Shown here: piece after piece, positions 11,152 through 25,244 of the stretch
How positions within the stretch are numbered: the first letter of the stretch is position 1
Layout: every line of letters begins with the position of its first letter
Assembly: GCF_006345805.1 (NCBI RefSeq)
Contig: NC_043010.1
Location: 52,824,001-52,888,000 of the forward strand
Source of the DNA: Octopus sinensis
Lineage: Eukaryota
Reading direction: 5' to 3'
Length of the DNA: 64,000 bases
The notes under the pieces: generated by a model
What the model was told of the DNA's origin: nothing
The model's input: only the letters and a program-made list of their open reading frames with translations
Databases searched by the model: none
Translations under genes and position numbers: made by a program

Positions 11152-11447
11152 AGTGCGTGGTTTAGTGGTTAGGGTATCCACCTTACAATTGTAAGATCAT
11201 GAGTTCAATTCCTGGCAATGTGGTGTGTCCTGGAGCAAGACACTTTATTTCACATTGCTCCACTCCACTCAGCTGGGAAAAATTACTTTGTAGCTGTATT
11301 TTTCATTCTGTATCATGATGAAGGTCTCTGAGAACTATGTTAAAGGTATGCATGTCTGTGGAGTACTCAGCCACTTGCATGCTAATTTTATGGGCATTGA
11401 TTGGATCAACTGGAACCCTCGTCATCATAAGTGACAGAGAGCCAGTT
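11152..11447 (+). mobile_element. SINE family C (tRNA head plus CORE-like domain)
   Basis: TGGTTTAGTGG A-box, GAGTTCAATTCC B-box, TCCTGGAGCAAGACACTTTATTTCAC; collinear with 60919-61243. Confidence 0.82.
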
Positions 11448-11591
11448 CACATATTTCTGTATAACACTCAGTCTCACACATCTTAATACAAAAACAGGTG
11501 ACACCTTTAATTAAAAAAACCCAGATATATTCTGCACCTGGAGGTGGGGACTATACCACTTATTGCTCCTGCCCACTGTCCTGTATGACAT

Positions 11592-11755
11592 GGTGCAGCA
11601 GTGGCTGTGTGGTAAGCAACTTGCTTATCAACCACATGATTCCGGGTTCAGTCCCACTGCGTGGCACCTTTGGGCAAGTATTTTCTGCTATATAGCCTTG
11701 GGCCGACCAAAGCCTTGTGAGTGGATTCGGTAGACAGAAACTGAAAGAAGCCTGT

Positions 11756-11806
<51 letters not shown>

Positions 11807-12020
11807 GTATGTATGTATATGTTTGTGTTGGTCCCCCCACCATCGCTTGACAACCGATGTTGGTGTGGTTATGTCCTCATAACTCAGCGCTTCAGCAAAA
11901 GAGACCAATAGAATAAGTACTAGGCTTACAAAGAATAAGTCCTGGGGTCAATTTGTTCGACTAAAAAGCAGTGCTCCAGCATGGGCACAGTCATATGACT
12001 GAAACAAATAAAAGAATATA
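11592..12020 (+). mobile_element. SINE family B, full length with internal (TA)n
   Basis: TGGCTGTGTGG A-box, GGTTCAGTCCC B-box, CCTTTGGGCAAG CORE-like motif, tail GGTGCTCCAGCATGG...GACTGAAACA. Confidence 0.88.
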
Positions 12021-12774
12021 AATATGTTACACTGAGAATGATGTTAAGGATACAAGTTTATGTCCACCACAAGGTCTGGTCCTTATTGCAGTGTGGTGGC
12101 TTGAGTGCCTCAATGATGCATTGTGTTCTTGAGCAAAACACTTCATTTCACATTTCTCCAGTCCACTCAGCTAGCAAAAATGAGTAATCCTGCAACGGAC
12201 CACTGTCCCATCCAGGTGGAGAATATATACAGAATGGAAAGCAGGAAACCAGCCCTTCTAAGTCAATATGACTCGGGAAGGAACTTTAATTTGTTTTACT
12301 TACAAGGTCCAGTCATTCTTGCTGTGCAGTGTGATAGCTTGAGTGCTTCGACAACTAAGATCTATGCCAGAGGGAAACAAGCTCTAGATGGGGGTCCCCT
12401 ATACTAAACAGGTGATAAGAGAGAGGCCACAGAAACGAGGGTCACCACTTTCTAGAGATAAAAATGCATTTATGTAGGACTAGCACATCCTACCTAGAAA
12501 AAGCTCAAGTTAGAAAAACATCCATGAGAATTCAAAATTATCAAGCCCTAGGAGAGAAAGACCTTCCCTCAGAGTACTGATATTTATTTATCTCTTAATT
12601 TAATCAACCCTGGAAAGTATAAAAGTGAAGATACATAACCTAGAGACACATAATCAAGTTTGTTGTGCTGATGATCTGAATATCATGGTTTCAATTCCCA
12701 AATTGGACATTGTGCTCTTGAGCAAAACCCTTCATTTCATAAACCCTTTATTGCTCCTGTCCACTGTTCTGTAT

Positions 12775-13140
12775 GACATGGTGCAGCAAAATTCAAAAGG
12801 AAGATACAAGGGAAAAAATCGATTTACATAGGGCTAGCACATCCTACCTATAAAAAGGCAAAAGTTCAAGAAACATCCATGAAGATTCAAAATTATCAAG
12901 CCCTGGGAGAGAACAACCTTCCTTTAGGGAGATGTATGGACATGATGCAGCAAAATTCAAAAGGGAGATACAAGGGAAAAAAATCAATTTATATAGGGCT
13001 AGCACATCCTACCTATAAAAAGGCAAAAGTTCAAGAAACATCCATGAAGATTCAAAATTATCAAGCCCTGGGAGAGAACAACTTTCCTTTAGGGAGATGT
13101 ATGGACATGGTGCAGCAAAATTCAAAAGGGAGATGCAAAA
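12775..13140. repeat. Tandem repeat of a 164-165-bp unit (2.2 near-identical copies)
   Basis: GACATG.TGCAGCAAAATTCAAAAGG starts at 12775, 12939 and 13104; diverged partial copies at 12460-12570 and 13385-13435. Confidence 0.9.
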
Positions 13141-13969
13141 AAACCCAGAAATCCAACTGGAGAGAAGCATAAAAGTCAGACCAGAGTCGAGAACAACAGA
13201 GAAAAGTCATTGATATCCTGTACCCAATAGGGAGCAAAGGGCTTCAGTATATATATCTCTGTCTAGCAGTAGCTCATGGAGAAAACTGGAAAGAAGCAGG
13301 GAGTGGAAGATAGGCTACAACCTAGGAAAAAAAGAAGGGTACAGAAACATCTTCGACAATTCAGTCAACAAGACCTAGGGAGGAAGGGCTTTCCCTTAGG
13401 AAACATATGACACAATACAGTAAAATCCAAAAGGGGACCAATATTATGCATGACATATCAGGGCCTGACATGGAATCCATTAGACAAACAGAAAAGAGGA
13501 CATCCCCAAAATAGCTGGGGGTGGCTCACAGAAGCAACGTTGAAAAAGTAAGGATCCCACAAGAGTGAAGCAGAAAAGACAACCCAGATTTGAGAACAGG
13601 AAAGCAAAGTTATTGATGGTTTATACTCAATGAGTAGCAAAGGACTAAAATATATAAGTAACAAGCTATAGTAAAAAATGGACTGGTTACAAATGCTTTG
13701 ACAGAATCAGCTAGAGCATTGAATAGAGAATCCCACAGTATTTGTTTCAAATCTTTGCACACTGAGTTCAAATCCCACCAAGGTCAAGATTGTTTGTCAT
13801 GTTTTTTTTCCTTTTATCAATAGAATCCTATTTCTAGCAGTTCACCATTGCGGTCATATGTCATCCTCAAAAACAGTTATTGTTATTGATGTCAATCATA
13901 ACTGTTGTTTAGTCCCAGGTCAGTCCCAATCAAATAAACCTATGATCAAAGGCATTCCAACCATGACAA

Positions 13970-14190
13970 TCTATTTCTTTACTACCCACAAGGGGCTAAA
14001 CACAGAAGGGACAAACGGATTAAGTTGATTATATCAACCCCAGTGCATAGCTGGTGCTTAATTTATCGACCCCGAAAGGATGAAAAGCAAAGTCGACCTC
14101 GGCAGAATTTGAACTCAAAACGTAACGGTAGACGAAATACGGCTACGCATTTCTCTCGGCGTGTTAACGTCTCTGCCAGCTCGCAGCTTT
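13970..14190 (-). mobile_element. SINE family A, alternative-tail subfamily
   Basis: Reverse-complement family A with the CCCACAAGGGGCTAAACA tail also seen at 35420-35480, 43075-43170 and 52608-52690. Confidence 0.85.
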
Positions 14191-14204
14191 GTCCAACCAT
14201 GACA

Positions 14205-15032
14205 ATCATTTGACTTTGCCTTTCATCCTTTCGGGGCCAATAAATTAAATACCAGTAAAACACTGGGGGTCAATATAATCGACTAGTCCCCTCCCTACAA
14301 ATTTCAGACTCTGTACCTTTAGTAGAAAAGATTATTATTAGATATTTAATTGGACCACTCGATGTTCTGAATTCATTTTCTACTGAGGTTAACTTTACTT
14401 CTTCCTCCTTCTTGAATATACAAAATAGAGTATTGTCCAAATACTGGGGTAGATCTGATCATTATTCCTCTCCGCACCTTGCACCCGTATAATAAATTAT
14501 CGTTTTTGCTAATTTCTATTTATATATTCTTTTGTTACATCCTTTAATGGGGTAGGGTTTCCTTTTGATCGATATAAACCCCACCTGCTTTTGTTTTTGT
14601 GTATCGTAACTTGTCCTTTGATAGTGTCCTCTACATCTTGATTCCTGGGGCCAATAACAGAAATCATCACCATCACCATCACCATCACCATCATCATCAT
14701 AATCATCATCATTATTATTATTATTATTATTAAATTCTGAGTTCTGAGTTCAAATTCTGCTGAAGATGACTTTGCCTTTCATCCTTTCGGGGTCGATTGA
14801 ATAAGAACCAGTTACATACCGGGGTTGATGTAATCAACTTAATCCCCTCCCACAAGCTACCCTTGTGGTAAAAATTTGAAATCGTTATTATGATTATGAT
14901 GATGATTATTATTATTATTATTATTATTCAAATTCTGCCGAGTCGACTTTGCCTTTCATCCTTATGGGGTCAATAAATAGAGTACCAGTGAAACACTGGG
15001 ATCGATGTAACTGATTAGTCCCCTCCCCACAA

Positions 15033-15035
<3 letters not shown>
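14205..15035 (+). mobile_element. Several 5'-truncated SINE family A fragments with microsatellite spacers
   Basis: Central domain at ~14210, 14765, 14940. Confidence 0.75.
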
Positions 15036-15071
<36 letters not shown>

Positions 15072-15106
15072 CATCATTATTATTATTATCATCATTATTA
15101 TTATTA

Positions 15107-15144
<38 letters not shown>

Positions 15145-15168
15145 CCCACCTAAAGATAGTTTTTTTTA

Positions 15169-15552
15169 GGCGTAGGAGTGGCTGTGTGGTAAGAAGCCTG
15201 CTTACCAACCACATGGTTCTGGGTTCAGTCCCACTGCGTAGCACCTTGGGCAAGTGTCTTCTACTATAGTCTCAGGCTGACGAAAGCTTTGTGAGTGGAT
15301 TTGGTAGATGGAAACTGAAAGAAGCTGGTTGTATATGTGTGTGTGTGTGTGTGTCTGTGTTTTTCTCCCCAAAATCGCTTGACAACCAATGCTGGTGTGT
15401 TTAGGTCACCATAACTTAGCAGTTCAGCAAAAGAGACCGATAGAATAAGTACTAGGATTACAAAGAATAAGTCTTGGGGTCGATTTGATTCGACTAAAGG
15501 CGGTGCTCCAGCATGGCCACAGTCAAATGACTGAAACAAGTAAAGAGAATAA
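15169..15552 (+). mobile_element. SINE family B, full length
   Basis: GGCGTAGGAGTGGCTGTGTGGTAAG head to GACTGAAACAAGTAAAGAG tail. Confidence 0.9.
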
Positions 15553-15554
15553 AA

Positions 15555-15780
15555 GGCAGTGAGTTGGCAGAACCGTTAGCACACCTGGCAAAATTCTTAG
15601 TGGTCTTTCGCCTGTCGCTATGTTCTGAGTTCAAATTCCACCGAGGTCAACTTTGCCTTTCATCCTTTCAGGTCAGTAAAATAAGTACTAGTTGAGCGAT
15701 GGGGTCGATGTAAGCGATTTATTCCCTCCCACCCCACCCCCAAAATTTCAGGCCTTGTGCCTACTGTAGAAAGGATTATT
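15555..15780 (+). mobile_element. SINE family A abutting the family B tail
   Basis: Full family A copy. Confidence 0.88.
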
Positions 15781-16147
15781 ATTATTATGCCCTAAATAAA
15801 TATCACACACACACACACATGTAGACTCCAGTATATGTTGGCCTATTTCTGAGACATTCTATCGGATCATTCTGATTATGATGTACATTTGTATTGCAAC
15901 GTTTGTGTGTCTTGTTGCCCCTCAGGCAAATAAAGGAAACAACATTTAACATCATTATCATCATCATCATCACCACCACCACCATCAACTTCATCATCAG
16001 TAAATCTAATAGTAATTATGATTGTTATGATTAATAAATAAGAATTATATCTCAGACAAGGGCACATGGGTAGAATTTCGAGGTGGGCCAGAAAGGAGAG
16101 GTTAGTCGATGACACTGACCCCCAGTATGTGACTGCTACTTTTCTTA

Positions 16148-16275
16148 TTTACATTATTTACATCTGACGGATATTTATCCTCATCTTGTACCTTTAGCAG
16201 AAATTCACATAAAGATAGATGGAATATAGCTAAGCATCTTGTAGAACGTGCCAACGATTCTGACAGCTTGTCTCC

Positions 16276-16314
<39 letters not shown>

Positions 16315-16356
16315 GTAAGATGGGGACAAATATCCGTCAAATGTAAATAATGTAAA
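16148..16356. repeat. 40-bp inverted repeat (37/40) around a SINE fragment and (AAT)n
   Basis: 16148-16187 vs 16317-16356. Confidence 0.8.
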
Positions 16357-16749
16357 TAATGTACATAATTCCTCATCTCTTAGATATAGAACTGTGCTAA
16401 TTTTCTGTTTCATTTTATTGATTTCAAAAGGATGAAAGACAAAGCTGACCTTGGTGGAATTTGAACTCAGAATGTACAAGTAATTTTGTTAGCCTCTCTA
16501 CCAATTCTGCCAACAATAACAATAATAATAATAATCATCATCTGTCCTGTTATAAGCTCAAGAACTGATATCTGGGGAAGGGCTTAGTTGATTACATTGA
16601 CCTCAGTATGTAACTGGTACATATTTCATCATCCCCATCCACCAAAGGCAACATCAAGTTTGGAAGAATTTGAACTCAGAATATAAAGATGGATGGAATA
16701 CACCTAGCATCTTGTGGAACGTGCTAACGATTCTGACAGCTTGCCTCCT

Positions 16750-17239
16750 TAATAATAATAATAATAATAATGATGATGATGATGATGATGATGACGATGA
16801 TGATGATGATGATGATGATGATGATAAACAACAGTAACAATAAAAGTTTCTGATTTAGGCACAAAGCCAGTAAATTTTAGGGGCAGATACTATCAATAAA
16901 AACCAACCCCGGTGCTTGACTGATATCATGTTTTATCGAACCTAGATGGGTGAAAAGCAAAGTGTATTACAGCAGGATTTGAACACAGAATGCAGAGGTA
17001 AAGGAAATGCTGCAAGGTATTTTATTTCATGCTTCAACGAATTTAATGATAAATATAGATTTTTTTTTTTGACCCGTTATTATTTATGAACAATGACCTA
17101 TGACATGGAGGAAACACATAAGGATGAAATACAAATACAAACATGAAACAGTGGAGGAGGTGGAGGAATTTGCAAAGAGTATCAGGTTGAAATACACATT
17201 AACAATGAAGACCCCTTAATAACCAAATGATAATGATGA

Positions 17240-17270
<31 letters not shown>

Positions 17271-17567
17271 TATAATAATAATAAAGAAAAATAATTAGAG
17301 GGTTAGTTATTAACAACAAAAACATTAATAAATAATAATAATAATAATAATAATCCTTTCTATTAAAGGCACAAGGCCTGAAATTTTGGGGAAGGGAGCC
17401 AGTCGATCACATCAACTCTAGTATGTAACTGGTACCTATTTCATCGACCTCCAAAAGGATGAAAGGCAAAGTTGACCTCAGCAGGATTTGAACTCAGAAC
17501 ATAAAGATGAGTGAAATGCCATGAAGTGTTTTGCCCAGCGCAGTAACAACACTGCCAGCTTGCAACC

Positions 17568-17638
<71 letters not shown>

Positions 17639-17842
17639 AATAATAATAATAATGATAACGATCATAACAACAACCACAACAGTAATAATAACAATAATGA
17701 TGAAAATGATGGTGATAATTATGATTAAAAAAATAAGGATAAAGGCATTAAATAGATGATGATGATGATGATGATGATGATGATAATAATAATAATAATA
17801 ACAACAATGATAATAATAATAATAAGAAGAAGAAGAAGAAGA

Positions 17843-17884
<42 letters not shown>

Positions 17885-18440
17885 AAAGGGTGAGAGACAA
17901 ACTAACGATAAAGCCACATTAATAGATATCCCATAGTAATAATAATAATAATAATAATAATATAATAATAATGATGATGATGATGATGATGATGACGATG
18001 ATGATGATGATGATGATGATGATGATAAACAACAGTAACAATAAAAGTTTCTGATTTAGGCACAAAGCCAGTAAATTTTAGGGGCAGATACTATCAATAA
18101 AAACCAACCCCGGTGCTTGACTGATATCATGTTTTATCGAACCTAGATGGGTGAAAAGCAAAGTGTATTACAGCAGGATTTGAACACAGAATGCAGAGGT
18201 AAAGGAAATGCTGCAAGGTATTTTATTTCATGCTTCAACGAATTTAATGATAAATATAGATTTTTTTTTTTGACCCGTTATTATTTATGAACAATGACCT
18301 ATGACATGGAGGAAACACATAAGGATGAAATACAAATACAAACATGAAACAGTGGAGGAGGTGGAGGAATTTGCAAAGAGTATCAGGTTGAAATACACAT
18401 TAACAATGAAGACCCCTTAATAACCAAATGATAATGATGA

Positions 18441-18471
<31 letters not shown>

Positions 18472-18765
18472 TATAATAATAATAAAGAAAAATAATTAGA
18501 GGGTTAGTTATTAACAACAAAAACATTAATAAATAATAATAATAATAATAATCCTTTCTATTAAAGGCACAAGGCCTGAAATTTTGGGGAAGGGAGCCAG
18601 TCGATCACATCAACTCTAGTATGTAACTGGTACCTATTTCATCGACCTCCAAAAGGATGAAAGGCAAAGTTGACCTCAGCAGGATTTGAACTCAGAACAT
18701 AAAGATGAGTGAAATGCCATGAAGTGTTTTGCCCAGCGCAGTAACAACACTGCCAGCTTGCAACC

Positions 18766-18836
<71 letters not shown>

Positions 18837-19034
18837 AATAATAATAATAATGATAACGATCATAACAACAACCACAACAGTAATAATAATAATGATGAAA
18901 ATGATGGTGATAATTATGATTAAAAAAATAAGGATAAAGGCATTAAATAGATGATGATGATGATGATGATGATGATAATAATAATAATAATAACAACAAT
19001 GATAATAATAATAATAAGAAGAAGAAGAAGAAGA

Positions 19035-19079
<45 letters not shown>

Positions 19080-19127
19080 AAAGGGTGAGAGACAAACTAA
19101 CGATAAAGCCACATTAATAGATATCCC

Positions 19128-19160
<33 letters not shown>
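16750..19160. repeat. Near-identical tandem duplication of ~1.2 kb
   Basis: AAACAACAGTAACAATAAAAG at 16826 and 18027; TATAAAAGGGTGAGAG at 17881 and 19076. The differences I see are in microsatellite tracts. Each unit holds two minus-strand SINE A copies. Confidence 0.92.
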
Positions 19161-19179
<19 letters not shown>

Positions 19180-20281
19180 GGATACTTTCTGTACTAACTA
19201 CTAAAGCGTTTGCAAAACATTGGGGAGAATATTATATGGTATTACATAAAGGAGAACAGTAACCAGATGATGATGATGATGATTCTTCTTCTTATTATTA
19301 TTATTTCTTTTATTTGCCACTAGTCTGAATTATGGGGAGGACAATACAAAGACAGACAATAATAATAACAATAATAAAAATAATAATATTAATAATGATA
19401 ATAAATAATAATAATAATGTAGAACAATAACAATTCATTCTTATAGTAGAGAACTCAGTATTCCTAAATACCAAGAATTGTCATCCCTTGAATTCTATCG
19501 GTCTTGTAATAAAAATGTAAGCCAGAGGGGAAATATGGCAGACAGTTGCCAAGGGACACAACACAACAACTACAAGTTATTGAAGAAGCCTCAAAATGAT
19601 AACTTGATAAGCTAGAAATAGTATTCAAATGTTCAACAAATCAAATCACTGTGATTTTTATTTGCTTTTAAGGAAAAGGGCTGAATGAAAAACAGTTGTT
19701 CCGTATACGGTTTGTCTACATAAAAGGGTTGGATAAACAAGGCCAGGTGCTTATGGATTATACATACATGCATGCATACATACATATATACATATGTTTT
19801 GAGTGAGTGGACAAATAAAAGAAAGCGGCACTGAACATATTTGGCAGGAGTTACATGTATTATTTAAACGATATAATATAATATCTATAAATAATAAATT
19901 AATCTATATACATATAAAGCTGTCTATCTTTCTCGGCATGCATGTGTGTGTATGCATGTGTGTGTGTGTGTGTATACTGTTTTAATGTTCAATTTGCCTT
20001 TTCCATGTTTGCATGGGTTGGTCAGAGTTTAATTTATATAGACAAAAACACACGCAAACACACGTACACACATACACACATATATATATACATACATACA
20101 AACATATATGAATACAAACATACCTACATATATGCATGCACTGCATACATACATAACTACATACATACATACATACATTTATACATACATACATATGTAT
20201 ATATAAATATGCATTTATATATCAGCATCAATACACACACATATATTTATGCATGTATATGCATTCATAAATATATGATTG

Positions 20282-20331
<50 letters not shown>

Positions 20332-20343
20332 ATATATATATGT

Positions 20344-20400
<57 letters not shown>

Positions 20401-21407
20401 CATACATATATATGTGTGTGTATATATATATATACGAATATATATGCACAAATATACAAAAGTAAATATATATTAACCAGTATCAATGTATAAATAAAAG
20501 ACATATTTTATTACTTTTATATCAAAATAACTATAATTTATTTTGTCTATATTTATATATCTACATCGAAACATATATACATGTACATATATTTCATTAG
20601 CTGTTAGAATTGGAGAATACAAATATACATACATCCATACATACATACATATATACATACATATATATCATATATATACATATATATACAAATTTGGTGT
20701 GTGGTTTGTCTCCCATTTGTTTTTACATTCAATATACACTGTCGTTTGTTTATACATTTTTTCATATATACATACATGCCTACATTCCTACCTACATATC
20801 TACACACACAAACACATAACACACACACAGACACACATTCATATATGCATGCATACGCATATAGACAATTGGACAGTCGACATAAGACTACATATAAAAT
20901 GATATTTCTCAAAGAGTAGAAGTTGCAACTGAACTATTTTCTCCAAAATCTATTAATTCTATGGCACTGGAATCAAACGGTCGGTTGTATAGAACCTGGA
21001 ATTTGGAATAATGTCTTTTGGAGTCACTGAATAAACAAACCAAAAACTACCAAAACTGAAATCGCAAATTTAATAATTCTCATTACGTGTTTATATAAAA
21101 ATATATATATATATATATATGTGTGTGTATGTGTCTGTGTGTGTGTGTGTATGCGTGTTTGAATGTATGTAAGTATGTAAGTATATATGTGTCAAGCCTA
21201 ATATGTGTTTATCTGCATCATGACCTCCATATCAATTCGCCTTGGATTTCTCTGGTAGCCACTCTTCACGCCGTGGACCTAGTCCTGGATGAAGAATTTC
21301 AAGCTTAAATTCAAATTCATTTCAATAATACTACGTGTTTTCTACACTGAACACAGCTTGCTCTCACATATGTATACATGTATGTGTGTATATATAAATA
21401 TATATAT

Positions 21408-21452
<45 letters not shown>

Positions 21453-22101
21453 AAATATTAAATATATGTATATAAATATATATATATATTACCATAAATA
21501 AATATATCCATCAATACATGTATATTATATATGTACGTATATGGATGTATATAACATGCATGTATATATAGAGAGATATTTCTGTATGGCTATATACATA
21601 TATAAGGCCATATATATGGCTATGTATGTATATATACATACATAGCCATAAATAAATATATCTATGTGTGTGCATGTACAAGCACACTCTTGCATATAAG
21701 GAAATAGAGAGATTGGTTGATAAATAGATGATAGAGTTGTATAATGATAAGATTAGACAAAAGAAAAACAAGGAATTTTTTTTCTTTCACTTTTCTTTAC
21801 TTTGTTAAAGAATTTCCAATTGTCATAGCATCTTAATTTGGAAGCTGTAGTGTTTGTGATATTCTTAAAGTTACAACCAGTAAAAGAGAGAAAATGGAAA
21901 TGGCACCAGAATGCATATTAAAACCGGGTCGCAGTCTCAGTTTGCCAACAACATACCACTGCACTAGTCAACCACCTTCTCTAGCAATCTATGTGCACAG
22001 TGTGTAAGCATCTATGCATGCATTTTTGCATGTATTTGGTTATACACACACACACTCACATATGTGCATATATAAATGTAAGAAACATATATACATGTAT
22101 A

Positions 22102-22140
<39 letters not shown>

Positions 22141-22267
22141 TGATACATACACACACATATATATGTATATGTGTATATATACTGACATATCGACACATAT
22201 ATTTATATATATGTGTGTTTGTGTGTGTGTGTATATATTATATCTATATCTATATCTATCTATCTAC

Positions 22268-22364
<97 letters not shown>

Positions 22365-23432
22365 GTAGAAAAATACAACATGGACAAGAACGTATAACTC
22401 TTAGAAGACGGTACAATAAACATGGACAAGACATTCGAAACCCTCAGTCTTCAGTCAAGAACCGGATCATCGTAGTAATTTCGGCTGATTAATATATATA
22501 TATAAATATATTTAAATCGGTGCTCCAGCATGGCAGCAGTCAAACGACTGAAACAAATGAAAAATAAAAAGAATATATACACACATATATGTATGTATAT
22601 TTCTATGCATCATATACAAAGATGATAACATCAGCTAAAAGTACCGAAATGGTGAACATTCAACAGAGAACAACAACTTCATATATATATATATAATATA
22701 TATATATATATATGTATGTATATATGTATGTATGTATAATGAAGATAATTATCAGACTAAGAACCATATCCGACAGTTAGAACCATCAACACCAACACTA
22801 ACAAAAACAAGAACAACTATAAGAGCAGCAATGGTGTAGAATGAGTACAACAACAACAACCATCACAGAAGACTACCATGAATATCTATACAAGAAAAGA
22901 GAACAGTAAATCACGTAAATCACAATACCTATTGATCTATCCATCTGTCTGTCTGTCTATCTATCTATATGTATATGTATATATATAGAGAGATGGATAG
23001 ATATAGATATATGTATGTATATAAATATATTTAATTACATTGCTAGGTGGATAGACAGATGAATAGGCAGTTGAGTAAATAGCGTATGAAATAAGGAATT
23101 CAGTAGAGGAATACATTTGCAAAAAGGCATCAAAGACAGCCACAAGAATAAACAGTCAACGGGAACAGAAAAATGCCCTCCAAGTTAAGCGAATAATGAA
23201 AGTAAAAGTAGACTGAAAAATAAACAAGCCACATGTATAAGCTACCTTAGACGTATGTAAGTATGTATACGGACAGATCACTAGCCTACAATACACACAA
23301 ATATGTGTGAGTGAAATTATAAATATATATGAGAACAATATACAATAAAACACACAGATGCAACATAAATAATTATAACTATCCATCAATCTATATATAT
23401 ATATAAAAATATAAATATGAATATAAATATAA

Positions 23433-23464
<32 letters not shown>

Positions 23465-23825
23465 GTATGTATATATGTATGTATTTATATATATGAATAA
23501 AAACATATGAACATTTGTGTGTATGAAAATAACATTAAAAAATAGGGTATATGTAAATCTATATAAATAAAGGTGTGTATAATCTGTATATATAAATAAT
23601 CCATCTGAATATTGTGTGTGTTTTGAGCAAGATTAAAACAAGAGTGCCTACCTTCACTGGCATTATATCCTATAGTCTGCCATTCTGTAGTAATAATTGT
23701 AGTTGTAGTAGTAGTTGTAGTAGTAGTGTTAGCAGTAGTAGTAGTAGTGGTAGTTAAAGCGTCAGTAGCAATAGGAGCCTTAGCAGCAGCAGCAGCAGCA
23801 GTTGCCACTGTAATAGTAGTAATAA

Positions 23826-23861
<36 letters not shown>

Positions 23862-24044
23862 CAGCAGCAGCAGTAGTATCTACAGTAGCAGTAACGCTAG
23901 AAGTATTACGACGAATGGCAGTAAAAAATTTTTGTCTGCCATCTAATACGTTGGCATTGATAATGTTCTTGATGTTGGTGTTGGTGGTGGTACCTGCTTT
24001 TATCTTTATTTATTTGTTGTTTTTTTTTGTTTTCTTGATATCAC

Positions 24045-24082
<38 letters not shown>

Positions 24083-24180
24083 CTGCCAACATCACCGTCT
24101 TTATAATCGTCAAAGTCATTTACTATTAACGCTGATATTGTTATTGAACAATATCTTTTTTATATGAAAATTTCAGAAAA

Positions 24181-24220
<40 letters not shown>

Positions 24221-24727
24221 CATCATTTTTTATTATTATCATCGTCATCATCATCATTATTGGCATTACTATTATTATTATCATCACCACCACCATCATC
24301 ATCATATTATTATTATCATTACGATTATCACTATTATTATTATTATTATAATTATAATTAAACAGTATTCATTATTCTTGTGCCTAAATTAGAAACTAGC
24401 ATCATCATCATCATCATTATCATTGTAACTGTTATCATCATCATCATCATCATTATTAAACATTGTTTATTATTTTTGTGCCTAAATTAGAAATTATTAT
24501 TCTCATCATCATCATCATTACTATTGCTGTTATTATTATTGTTGTGGTTGTTGAACATTATTTTGTATTAGTATGATCATCATCATTATTGTTGTTATTT
24601 GTATCAATTATTATCATCATTATTATTATTTTTTTTTTTTTTTATTATTATTATTATTGTTTTTGTTGTTGTTTTTCTTTTGCTGTAGTCCTCATATCGT
24701 GGGCCCCGTGGCCAATAAAAGAAACCC

Positions 24728-24777
<50 letters not shown>

Positions 24778-25244
24778 TATTATTATTATTATTACTATTA
24801 TTTTAATCATTATTATTATTGCTATTATCATTATGATTATTATTATTGTTATTGTTGTTAATAATATTATCATCATCAGCATCACTACTACTACTACTAT
24901 TACTACTACTAGTTCAAATCCCACTGAGATCATCTTTGACTTTCCCCCCTCCAAGGTTGAAAAAAAAAATCTAAAGTACCAGTCGTATACTGCGGTTCAA
25001 TTTTATCAATTTCCCCCCTTGCCCCCCACCCAGTCCCTGTTCCTAGACAAAAAACAATCATTTCTTAGTTTATATATTTATTTACATATTGATATTTTAA
25101 TTTAACATCTATGAAAAGTCTCCAGCCTTCATATACACCTAAATTTGTAAAGGACCCCCTTCTTTCCACACCCCTTGTAAACAAATAAAATGAAACATTA
25201 TTATCGTTGTTGTTGTCGTTGTCGTTGTTGTTGTCGTTGTTGTC

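Noticed and set aside
12960-13000. YIG in the 165-bp repeat as a GIY-YIG motif
   Set aside because: No upstream GIY at the right spacing and no downstream R...EH.
21225-21310. CpG-containing segment with short open frames on both strands
   Set aside because: No clear splice pair and no recognisable peptide.
22385-22495. Hammerhead-like words (CAGCCGAAA on minus; CGAAACCC on plus)
   Set aside because: No CTGANGA in the correct order with paired stems.
23040-23212. Hydrophobic minus frame with a single TGA (possible recoding)
   Set aside because: The hydrophobicity follows from the T-rich strand; weak donor and no homology.
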